Shown piece by piece: positions 9,501 to 19,905 of a stretch of DNA of 64,000 bases (its first letter is position 1; each line of letters begins with the position of its first letter). Under the pieces are notes generated by a model. The model saw only the letters and a program-made list of their open reading frames with translations. It searched no databases and was not told where the DNA came from. The DNA is from Zygnema circumcarinatum SAG 698-1b. Taxonomy: Eukaryota; Plantae; Zygnematophyceae. The stretch is taken from positions 3,236,829-3,300,828 of the forward strand of contig CM074807.1 in NCBI GenBank assembly GCA_037447605.1, in the 5' to 3' direction. Made by a program: the position numbers and the translations under genes.

Positions 9501-12500
9501 TCTCCCTCCAGCTCCTCCTCCCAGTCGCTCGCCTTCGTTCCAAACCCCATAGGGTCTATGCCCGCCGAAACGTCCAACCCTTTCCCTCTCTGTTCATGGC
9601 TCTCTCCCTTCAGGGAGGGAGAGGCTGCGGGAGGAGCCGAGAGAGAGGGAGAGGGAAAGAGTCGGCAAAAAGGCAAACTCGGGTCCTTCAAAACCGCAAC
9701 CCAGTTGCCAAATCCGTGCTTCAAGACCCCCTGCAGGACACAGAAATTGAAAATAGAAAAGGGAGAGGGAGGGAGGAGGGAGAGGGAATGCTGATTCAGG
9801 TTCGTTCTCCACTAGAGAGTGTCCTAACCATCCTTAAACAATTTTCTGACTTATAAAATTATTTCGGTTTTTAAATGCTTTGATTAAGAGTTCCATCGTC
9901 TTTAGCTTGTAAAATATTCAATAATAATATGTAAGAAACAATCGGGATGAGAGAGAGTGAGGGATAGCGCGAGCGCGAGCGCGCGAGAGCGAGAGAGAGA
10001 GAGCCTAAAAACAACCCTAGTAAACCCTAACGACCATGAAACCCACCCGGAAAAAGGGCTTTTAGGGTCTTTTGGGTCTAGAGAGAGAGAGATGGAGAGC
10101 AAGAGCGAGAGGCAGAGAGAAAGAAAGGGAGAGAGAGCGACAGAAAGAATGAGAGAGAGCGAGAGCGAGAGCGAGAGCGAGAGGGAGAGGGGGAGAAAGA
10201 AAGAGAGAGAGAGAGCGAGAGAGCGAGAGAGAAAGAGAGAGAGAGACAGAGCGAGAGAGAGAGAAAGACAAAGAAAGAAAGAGCGAGAGAGAGAGAGAGT
10301 GAGAGAGAGAGAGAGAGGGAGAGAGAGAGGGGGAGGGAGAGAGAGCGAGATAGAGACCCGTGCGAGTGCCTTGTCGTGCAGCGGCGGGTCCCAATTGGGC
10401 GGCAGGCCGTGCGCCCGCACGTGCGGCAGGTTGGGGAGGGTCCCCCCGCGAATCCCGGCGAGCGCCCAGCGGAGGACGGAGGCCTGCTCGAGCCGCTCCT
10501 GGAGGCGGGCCCGGCATCATTGCACGCGGACACAGCGTCCGCTGGACAGCCGAAGGAAGGAAGGAAGGGAAGGGAAGGAAGGGAAGGGAAGGGCGAAAGG
10601 AAGGAAGGAAGGGAAGGAAGGAAGGGAAGGGAAGGATGGAAGGAGCGGAAGGAAGGAAGGGAAGGAAGGGAAGGGAAGGAAGGAAGGGAAGGGAAGGAAG
10701 GAAGGAAGGGAAGGAAGGAAGGAAGGAAGGGAAGGGAATGGGTTGAAGGGCGAAGGAAGGGAAGGAAGGGAAGGAAGGGAAGGAAGGAAGGGAAGGGAAG
10801 GGAAGGGAAGGAAGGGCGGAAGGAAGGGAAGGGAAGGGAAGGGAAGGAAGGGAAGGGAAGGGAAGGGAAGGGAAGGGAAGGAAGGAAGGGAAGGGAAGGG
10901 AAGGGAAGGAAGGAAGGGAAGGAAGGGAAGGGAAGGAAGGGAAGGAAGGAAGGGAAAGGAAGGGAAGGGAAGGGAAGGGAAGGAAGGGAAGGGAAGGGAA
11001 GGGAAGGAAGGGAAGGAAGGGAAGGAAGGAAGGGAAGGGAAGGAAGGGAAGGGAAGGAAGGGAAGGGAAGGGAAGGGAAGGAAGGAAGGGGAAGGAAGGA
11101 AGGGAAGGGAAGGGAAGGGAAGGGAAGGGAAGGAAGGGAAGGAAGGGAAGGAAGGGAAGGAAGGGAAGGAAGGAAGGGAAGGAAGGGAAGGGGAAGGGCG
11201 GGAAGGGAAGGAAGGGAAGGAAGGGAAGGGAAGGGAAGGAAGGGCTGGCTGAAGGAAGGAAGGAAGGAAGGGAAGGAAGGGAAGGGAAGGGGAAGGGAAG
11301 GGAAGGGAAGGGAAGGAAGGGAAGGGAAGGCTGAAGGGAAGGAAGGGAAGGGAAGGGAAGGAAGGGAAGGGAAGGAAGGGAAGGAAGGGAAGGGAAGGAA
11401 GGGAAGGGAAGGAAGGAAGGGAAGGGAAGGGAAGGAAGGGAAGGGAAGGAAGGAAGGAAGGGAAGGAAGGGAAGGGAAGGGAGGGAAGGAAGGAAGGAAG
11501 GGAAGGAAGGCTGAAGGGAAGGAAGGAAGGGAAGGGAAGGAAGGGAAGGAAGGAAGGAAGGGAAGGGAAGGAAGGAAGGAAGGGAAGGGATGGGGCTGGA
11601 AGGGAAGGAAGGGAAGGAAGCTGGAAGGGAAGGGAAGGAAGGAAGGAAGGAAGGAAGGGAAGGGAAGGAAGGAAGGAAGGAAGGAAGGAAGGGAAGGAAG
11701 GGAAGGAAGGGAAGCTGAAGGAAGGAATGGAAGGAAGGAAGGGAAGGAAGGGAAGGAAGGGAAGGAAGGAAGGAAGGAAGGAAGGAAGGGCGAAAGGGTA
11801 TGAAGGGGAAGGAAGGGAAGGGAAGGGAAGGAAGGGAAGGGAAGGGGCGCAAGGGAAGGGAAGGAAGGGAAGGGAAGGGAAGGGAAGGGAAGGAAGGAAG
11901 GGAAGGAAGGGAAGGGAAGGGAAGGAAGGAAGGAAGGAAGGGGCGGGAAGGAAGGGAAGGAAGGGAAGGGAAGGGAAGGGAAGGGAAGGGAAGGGAAGGG
12001 AAGGGAAGGAGGGAAGGAAGGAAGGGAAGCGGGAAGGAAGCCGGAAGGAAGGGAAGGGGCTGAAGGGAAGGGAAGGAAGGGAAGGGCTGAAGGAAGGGAA
12101 GGGATGGGCGAAGGAAGGGAAGGGAAGGAAGGAAGGAAGGAAGGAAGGGAAGGGAAGGGAAGGGAAGGAAGGAAGGGAAGGAAGGGAAGGGAAGGGAAGG
12201 GAAGGGAAGGGAAGGGAAGGGGGGCTGAAGCTGAAGGGAAGGGATGGGAAGGAAGGAAGGGAAGGGAAGGAAGGAAGGAAGGAAGGAAGGAAGGAAGGGA
12301 AGGGAAGGGAAGGAAGGGAAGGGAAGGAAGGAAGGAAGGAAGGAAGGGAAGGAAGGAAGGGAAGGGAAGGGAAGGGATGGAAGGAAGGAAGGGAAGGGAA
12401 GGGAAGGGCATGTGGAAGGAAGGAAGGGAAGGGAAGGGAAGGGAAGGGCAGCGGAAGGGAAGGAAGGGAAGGAAGGCGAAGGGAAGGGAAGGAAGGAAGG

Positions 12501-13535
12501 AAGGGAAGGAAGGGAAGGGAAGGAAGGGAAGGGAAGGGGAAGGGAAGGGTAAAGGGAAGGGAAGGGAAGGAAGGGAAGGGAAGGGAAGGGAAGGGCGAAG
12601 GGAAGGGGCATGGGAAGGAAGGGAAGGAAGGGAAGGGAAGGGAAGGGAAGGAAGGGAAGGGAAGGAAGGAAGGAAGGAAGGAAGGGGCTGGAAGGGAAGG
12701 AAGGGAAGGGAAGGGAAGGGAAGTGAAGTGGGAAGGGAAGGGAAGGGAAGGGCGGGGAAGGGAAGGAAGGGAAGGGGCAGGTAAGGCTTGAAGCATGGCG
12801 GTTCAGTTCAGTTCAGTTCAGTGGGGGCTGAGGTCTGGTGGGAGGGAGTCGGAGAGTTGATCCGGATTTGATTCCGAAGGAAGGGGGCGTTTGGATGTGC
12901 GAGGTTGGGGAGCTATGGGAGGGAGGGAGGGAGGGAGGGAGGGAGGGAGGGAGGGAGGAGAACATTGAGAAAGGGGGAGGAATGAGGGAGAGTGAGGTTC
13001 TCCTACCGCAGTGTTGAGAGTGAGGATGTTGGGCCCTGTCTGCTCCGTCCCGCCTTTTGCCCTCTCTCCCTCTCTCCCTTCCTCCGCCCCTCCCGCCTGC
13101 ACTTTTCTTCTCACTCTGCAGACCAGGCACTGCCACCCAACAGGCCCAAAGTCACCCCCTCCAAAAGACAAAGTTAAAACTCAAACGCACGCCGAATCCC
13201 AAACCCTAGACTGAGAGAGACCGAAAGAGACAGACAGAAAGAGAGAGGGAGAGAGAGAGAGAGAGAGAACGAGACGAGGGGGCGAAGAATACGCACTGGA
13301 CAGGTGGCAGGATGATTGAAGAGTTTGACTTTTCCCGCCTTCTCCCGCTGCGCTATGGAGACGCCCGCTGTCAGGTGGTGCAGCTCGCCAAGCAGCGCTC
13401 CCACTCCCGCCTCTATCGCTCCCACCGACTTCTCTCTCACACTCGGGAGGAGGCTCTTCTCCCGCAGGGTCTTCCACGAGGGCTCGCTACCTGGCCCCTG
13501 TGGGAGAGGAGGGGGGAGAGAGGGAGAGGGAGGGG

Positions 13536-13573
<38 letters not shown>

Positions 13574-13588
13574 AGAGANNNNNNNNNN

Positions 13589-13629
<41 letters not shown>

Positions 13630-16600
13630 CGAGAGAGAGGGAGAGAGAGAGAGAGGGAGAGCTTTCAGGAGATGGAACGCTGAGAGACCCCCCAAAAAAA
13701 ATGGAAAACAACAAAACATGGCCTAGAAGCACACCGTAAAGGAACAAACTTGTAAATTAATAGTGGTAAGGAAAGTGGTAGAAAGAGTGAGACTGGGAAA
13801 GTGTGGAAGAGCGGGAAGCTTCTAAAACCTTATTATGACTTTTTTTGAATTTCATGGAGAATGCCTTTGTAAGGAAAGGTAAGAAAAAGTCAGATTGCTT
13901 GGTTAGGAAAAACAGATTTTAGAATTTTTTAGGTTTTTTTCCTGCACCGTTGGGAGGCCCCACTGCATGAGAAGTCGCAGAAGTTCAATTTTTTCGCGTT
14001 TCAGCCAGAAATTCGCCCTCCTTGACCCAGTAGGATGCTGACACGTGTCATCCCCTGACTTGCCTGAGGGCTTCTCGGGTCCCTGCACAACAGAGCGAAA
14101 AAATCCGTAAGAAATAAAGAAATTGAAAAAGGGTCATGGAAATGGAAGACGTTCAGAGTCAGGAATAAGAAAAAATCCGAAAACAAAATTTTGACCTCAT
14201 AACTGATTCTTTTAGGGGCTATTACAACCCTGCATAGAGAGAAAATCCCGGAACTCTGAACCCTAATTTTTTCCGCACCTTTCGGCACAATTTATAGAGG
14301 TGGTCCAAGAGTCGCTTTAGTCTTCTCGTGAGAGTGTAAGCATCAGGCCACACTGCGCTCTCCCTCTGCTCTCCCTCCTCTCCCTCCACTCTCTCCTCTT
14401 TCTCCTCCACAACCCTACAGAATTAAAGGACAAATATTAGCAGAAACGAAAATACAACCGTTAAAACGTTCCCTTTGGGGTTTGTTTTTCAGTTGAACTT
14501 TTAAGCATCAAAGCTGGCATAGCACTTATAATAAAAAATACTTGAAATGATCCCAAAGCAGCCTCCCATGTTATTGACTGTAAGAAGCTCTCCCCCTCTC
14601 TCACTCTCCCTCTCTCTCTATCTCTCCCCTTCTCCCTCTCTCTCCCCCTCTCTCTCCCTCCCCTTGTCCCTCTCTCTCTCCCTCTCTCTCTCCCCTTCTC
14701 CCTCTCTCTCTCCCACTCTCTCTCTCCCCTTCTCCCTCTCTCTCTCCCTCTCTCTCTCTCTCCTTCTCCCTCTCTCTCTCCCTCTCTCTCTCTCCCCTTC
14801 TCCCTCTCTCTCTCCCTCTCTCTCTCCCCTTCNNNNNNNNNNGGGGTAAAGAAAGGGAGATGGGGGGTGGGGAGAGGAAGAGGGGGAGATGAAATAGCAG
14901 AGAGAAGCAGAAGGACACAAGGGGGAAGACAAGGGGGAAGGAGACAGGGGTAATGGGGGGGGGGAAGAGGATGGAGGACACAGGGCAAGGGGAGAGAAAA
15001 AGGGGGAAGAGAGCGGTAAGGGTCGGCGAGAGAGGCAAAAGTTAGGCAGAGAGGAAAACATATAAGGGAAGGGGACAGATGGAAAGATAAGGCAATAAAG
15101 CATTAAGAGCGAGTGCGAATAGAAAGCATGAAAGGAGAAACAGGAGTAAAAAAGAAGTGAAAAAGGAGCAAAGGAGAGGAAGAGAGAGACAAAGAGGCAG
15201 AGTGAGAGGGAAGCTACCAGACGGTCGAGAAGCTCCAGTCGGCGCGCCCATCCTCTTGCGCAGCTGGCCACTCTTGCCTTCTCCCACACTCCCACTCTCT
15301 CGTCCACCCCCTGGCTAAGGTCCGCATCTCCCTCTCTCTCCACCTCCCGCAGCTTCCTCTCCGCCCATTGGCGGGTCCTCGCTTCCGCGTGCGGGGCCAC
15401 CGCCCGCAGAAAGGCCCAACTGGCGTCTGCCACGTCACCCACTCCGTGGCGCATCTGCCTCAGTAGGCCGCGCATGCAGCTCTGAACCTGTTCGGAAATT
15501 GGTTCGGAAATTGGTTCGGAAATTGGTTCGGAAATTGGTTCGAAAATTGGTTCGGAAATTAGGGTTTCAGGCATTGGCAACCACTTATTTAAGGAGAGAA
15601 AGGAGGGAGTGGCAGGTGGGGAATGATGGGGGATGGAGTAGAGAGAGAAAGAAAGTGAGGAGAGAGAGAGAGAGAGAGAGGCTCCTGGGACATCTGACGG
15701 TGAAGGCTGAATGTTAGAAGCTGACAAGTACGCTTGAGAAAGGCTTGAGGTGGCACACTTGCTCGAGAGGTTATAGAGGTTATAGATAAATTAGGGTCTT
15801 CAGCATTGATGAGTTTTTTCTTTTGGTGAGATTAGTCGAAGCAGGAGGAGGGTGGAGAAGATGATTTACCTTTTCGGATCGGCCGAGTCCGAACATTAAA
15901 AGAGATTTTCTCAGAGCTTCGCGTTCGTTGCTTTGCCAGCGAAGTTTTCTTCTTAGAAGGGACCTTTTGGAACTTAGCGACGCTGCTAACAAAGAAAAAG
16001 GGAAAGAGGAGAGAGAGAAAGTTTGAGTTGGATCAGTAAGAGAGACAGACAGAGTGTGGGAGAGACAGAGAGTGAGAGAGTAAAGCATCACCTGCTGCTC
16101 CTCCTGCTTTTTTATTAACATTTGCAGCAATGGCTTTCGTTTGGTGTCCGTTTCCAGACCCTTCGGCGAGTTTCGGAGTTCCAAGATTGGGAGCTTTGAA
16201 GCCTCCGCCCTCTTGAGGGAGAGAGAGTGGGGAGAGAGGGGGCTTTGAGCGAGAGGGAGGGAGAGGGCTGAGAGCTGAAGCCATTGGTGGCTGGAGTCCT
16301 GGAATGGGATCATCAAGTTCCTGGAAAAGAAGAAATGAAAGGCCAACATAGGGTCAATTCTGGGCTCTTTATCACACACACTACTAAGGGTAGGAAATAG
16401 GGATAGCATATGTAACATAATTGTGAAATGGAATCATTGGAAAAAAGAATGGACAATTATAGAATTGAGTAATGGAAATATACAACGACAAAATAAGGTG
16501 ACGATAATGATAAGGATAATAATAGAGATGACAAAAGCAATAGTAATAGTAACATTATTACTATTGCAAAGTCGAATGATAGCCATAACATTGAAGGAGC

Positions 16601-17590
16601 AAATACGTCTTTACGGACCTTTCGCCAGACCCTCTGCGCAGCGAGAAGGTCCTGGCAGCATTGGAGGCACTGCGCGCGATACCACGCGGTGAGATGAGCG
16701 GCTCTCGCTGCTCTCGCATTCTGCATGGCCCCTGGAAACCCTAGAAACCGTTTGTACTGAACATTCCTCCACTCCTTCCGAAACCGAAATCTATGGCTTC
16801 AAATGAGGGTAATCAAATCACTCTGTTCTCTCTCAATCTCTCTGCCTCCCTCTCGCATTTTCTCTCTCTCTCTCTCTCTCTCTCTATACATATATCCACT
16901 GACTATACATTCCTTCCATTTAACGAAACATAAATTCCTTTTAAAGGAGAACACAGCCCACAACCTTGCAAACTTAATAAGGAAAAGGAGGAGAGGGTCC
17001 AAAAAGTACCCTGAATCCGGCCATCATGGTCGACCCCTACTCCTGATCCTCTCCTGCTCTCGCTCGCTCCTCGCCTTTCCCTCTCCCGTTCTCTTTCGTT
17101 CTCTCGCTCCCTCTCCTTCTCCCGCTCTCTCTCTCTCTCCCTTTCTATCTCCCTCTCCCTCTCGTTCTCTCTAACCCTCATCCTCTCCTTCTCCCGCTCT
17201 CTCTCCCTCTCCCTTTTTATCTCCATCTCCCTTTCCCTCTCTTTGTACCTAACCCTCATCCTCTCCTTCTCCCTCTCCCTCTCCCTCTCCAACTCTCTCT
17301 GCCACTCCTTCTCCCTTCCTCGCTCCCCCTCCTTCTCCCTCTCCCTCTCCCTCACCCTCATCCCCCCCCTCTCTCGCTTCCTCTCTCCTACAACCGACTC
17401 AACCTTTCGACCTCCGTGCATGACCCCTCCCTCCACCCCCTCTCCCTCCCACTCGTCTCCTTCATCACATTCCGCCCACGCCTCCTCTCTCAGCATACCC
17501 GCACCGCCTGCCACGTGTCTCTCTCTCCCTCTCTCCCACCCCCTCGTCCCTCTCTCCCTCCCCCCTCCCGCTTGCTGCCATCAAATCCAT
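6521..17590 (-). CDS. Multi-exon chromatin protein: two CHD6-9/Kismet-like SANT/SLIDE-type modules, FYRN + FYRC, and a long acidic Glu/Gly tail; no SNF2 ATPase or chromodomain exons seen
   Basis: Exon motifs in order: RWQSNEREALRKSLLMFGLGR (~15950-15870), WARRLELLDRL (~15250), WPDAYTLTRRLKRLL (~14350), FWLKREKIELLRLLMQWGLP (~14010), RLQERLEQASVLRWAL...LPPNWDPPLHDKALAR|GVLKHGFGNW (10498-10358, 9730), LVRRLKYVEK, EVPRDENGMPRLPLVL...DL|GHIVADRAGWHTERHIFPAGF (exon 8246-7950), VAINGTEMYGLSHPVICRLIQELPNADRC (exon 7621-6521). The start is uncertain: ATG 17590 needs an indel to join the 17514 frame. Confidence 0.72.
7849..7858. other. Assembly gap of 10 N; others at 13579-13588, 14833-14842, 21398-21407, 24008-24017, 33749-33758, 35011-35020
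   Basis: Uniform 10-N runs, almost all inside homopurine/homopyrimidine tracts. Confidence 0.98.
10552..12780. repeat. ~2.2-kb irregular GGAA/GGGAA purine satellite inside an intron (pyrimidine on the sense strand)
   Basis: Nearly pure mix of GGAA and GGGAA units with rare C/T interruptions. It accounts for the long spurious PFPS/GREG ORFs. Confidence 0.95.
15490..15561. repeat. 12-bp tandem repeat GTTCGGAAATTG, about 6 copies
   Basis: Directly visible. On the minus strand it lies between CCCTAAT and the likely acceptor ...GAACAG|GTTCAG. Confidence 0.85.
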
Positions 17591-17924
17591 GGCCGCCTCC
17601 CCCGTTAGGGCCAGCTGTCGCTCCCTCCAGCGCCCTCCCCGCAAACCCTAAAATTGCAACCAGAGGTTCCGTACGGACTGGCCAGACAGACCAAAAGCCT
17701 TTCAGTTGGTTAAGTTGACCAAAACTTTCCGGACAGCGGGAGCGAGGGAGGAGGGAGGAGGGAGGAGGGAGGGGATAGGGAGGAGGGAGAAGGGAAGGGT
17801 TAAGGGAAAGAGCGGCAGAGGGTAGGTGGAGAGAGTGGGAGAGGGAGAGGGAGAAGGAGAGGAGCCTACTTATGGTAACTTTCAAAAATGCGATTTAATA
17901 TGCCACATTCCCTTAACCAGCTCT

Positions 17925-19485
17925 ATGCCTCCTATCACACCCCGTCCCAGCGTTGCAAAAAACGGCCGACAGTGTCCATGGAAACACCACACCAGAGACC
18001 TGCACTACGCATTCAGCAGCGCTTCTCCTGCTGCCACATGGCACTTCTGCTGGCCTTCTTGCCCAGACCCTGTTCTCAATAATGGGGTTCCATATTTAAA
18101 AGGAGAGTCTATATGGAGGCGATTTGCAGTTCCAGTGCTGGTGGTAGCCATGGCTGTCGTCTCCTTCACAATGCAGGTAGCCCTTGTATTGTTATTTCTA
18201 AAGAATCCCAAAAGCTTAAAAAAATTCAATACAGTGCCCATTGTGTTGGAACTTAATCAAATCCCTTCACTCCCTTTCCGACCATGCAGTTAACGGCTGG
18301 TCAATCATTGCCCGTTCATCGTTGGTTTTATGATTTTTGGAGAGATTCCTAAGATATTGAGATGCGGAGATGTAGGAATGACGGAGTTATCCAGAAACTA
18401 AGTCTGAAACTTATTCTCGTTATTGTGTGTACGGAAAGTAAGGAGAGAAATTGGTTTGCATGGGAGCAGGTGTGGGAGCTCTCATCTCTGCAGTTAGGAA
18501 ACCTTCTAGGGTTTGCAGCAGCCTTGGGAAGCTTGCTCGTATTTAAGGCTCTATTTTCTGGAGCTGTTGTAAGAGGTGACTTCACAATTCTAAGCACATC
18601 AAAACTATTGCGTTGCAATAAGCAAGATTTCTATTTCAAAGAGGTTTGGTCATATAACTTTGTGATGTTTTCTTTTTCCTTTTTCTATCTACATATTCAA
18701 TCAATGATGGCTTATTTTTTACCTTTCCTTCCCTAATTTGTTGCGCAGAATCTATCATTGTATGGCCTGGTTTGGGAATTCAGCTGGAAGCCACTACTCG
18801 CGGGTAGGTCAAAAGCTTCTTTATTAGCACATTACGCCAATATGTAAAAATTTAAGCCACTTTATAGTCCTTTTCTAACTTCAATTTTCTGGGATTTTTT
18901 TTCTTTTCGATTTTTTCCAATTTCCAGGGGGTACGTGACGAGGAGGTTTGTTCCCTTCCCCCTTTTGGGAGCTGTAGTTATCAACGAGGCTGTGACTCCC
19001 ACCGGCTGCTTTTTTTACTTAGCCCTAATTCTGCAGGGGAGGGACCACCTCCATCTGCCCTTCGAGGTGAACCCTAATTTCTCTTTTCTCTTCCCTTCAA
19101 ATTTAAATCGAATTGAATTTTTTGTTTCTCATTGTTTGTTGTCAAATTTTTTTTTTTTAACCCCTTTGTTAGAAGGGAGGGAGGGCCCTTGTTGGATATG
19201 TCGAGGTTTATATTAAAAAATTAACTTGTACTGAGAAAGGGGGGAAGGGGGGAGGGGGGGTCTGATCAGAGTTTGAGACCGCCCTTGGCTGTTCTCGTGC
19301 CTCTGCGGAGTTCCCTGGCAGCAACTCTCGCGTTGCAGGGAGGGGGGGGAGAGGGAGAGAGTGGGGGTGAGGAAGAGAGAGAGAGAGGGGGGGAGGTGAG
19401 GGGAGAGAGAGAGGACGGAGGGAGAGAGAGTGGAGGGGAGGGACGAGGGGAGGGAGAGAGGCAGACCAAGGGAGGGGGAAGGTGA
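17925..19485 (+). CDS. PIGH: GPI-GlcNAc transferase subunit PIG-H (5 exons)
   Basis: Exons 17925-18176, 18470-18575, 18749-18803, 18928-19066, 19270-19485 with consistent phases. Product contains ESIIVWPGLGIQLEATTRGGYVTRRFVP...VVINEAVTPTGCFFYLALILQG...FESLRPPLAVLVP, matching the PIG-H domain. Confidence 0.85.
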
Positions 19486-19905
19486 GGAATGGAGAGGGAA
19501 GCCAGAGAGAGAAGAGAGGGGGAGGAAGAGAACAGTCATGAAAACGATATTTGTAACGCAAAGAAGAATAAAAATAAAAACATGCAAGTTCTTTTTTAAG
19601 AATACCTAGTTACTTGTTTAGAACACATGCTTCACTTTTAGTAAGCTATTTACAACTGGAATCACAGCATAACTCTGATTCCCATCAATCTCCGCCTCCA
19701 CTCAGCCTCTCGCTGCATCCTGTACAATATCGCCTTTAATACTTTACCCAACTTGCACGGTAAAAACAAATTGAAAAGGATGCTGCCGTCTATAAAATGA
19801 GCCTTGAAAAATGCTTCGTTCTCCTCAATAAGGAACCCTCCCCCCCTCTTAAGACTTGTGAAGGTGCCGTGTATCCTCCAATTCGTTGGCCAAACTCGCC
19901 TCCGT

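Noticed and set aside
9957-12796. Very long ORFs (up to 849 aa) of PFPS/GREGK repeats on both strands
   Set aside because: They are stop-free translations of the GGAA/GGGAA satellite in an intron.
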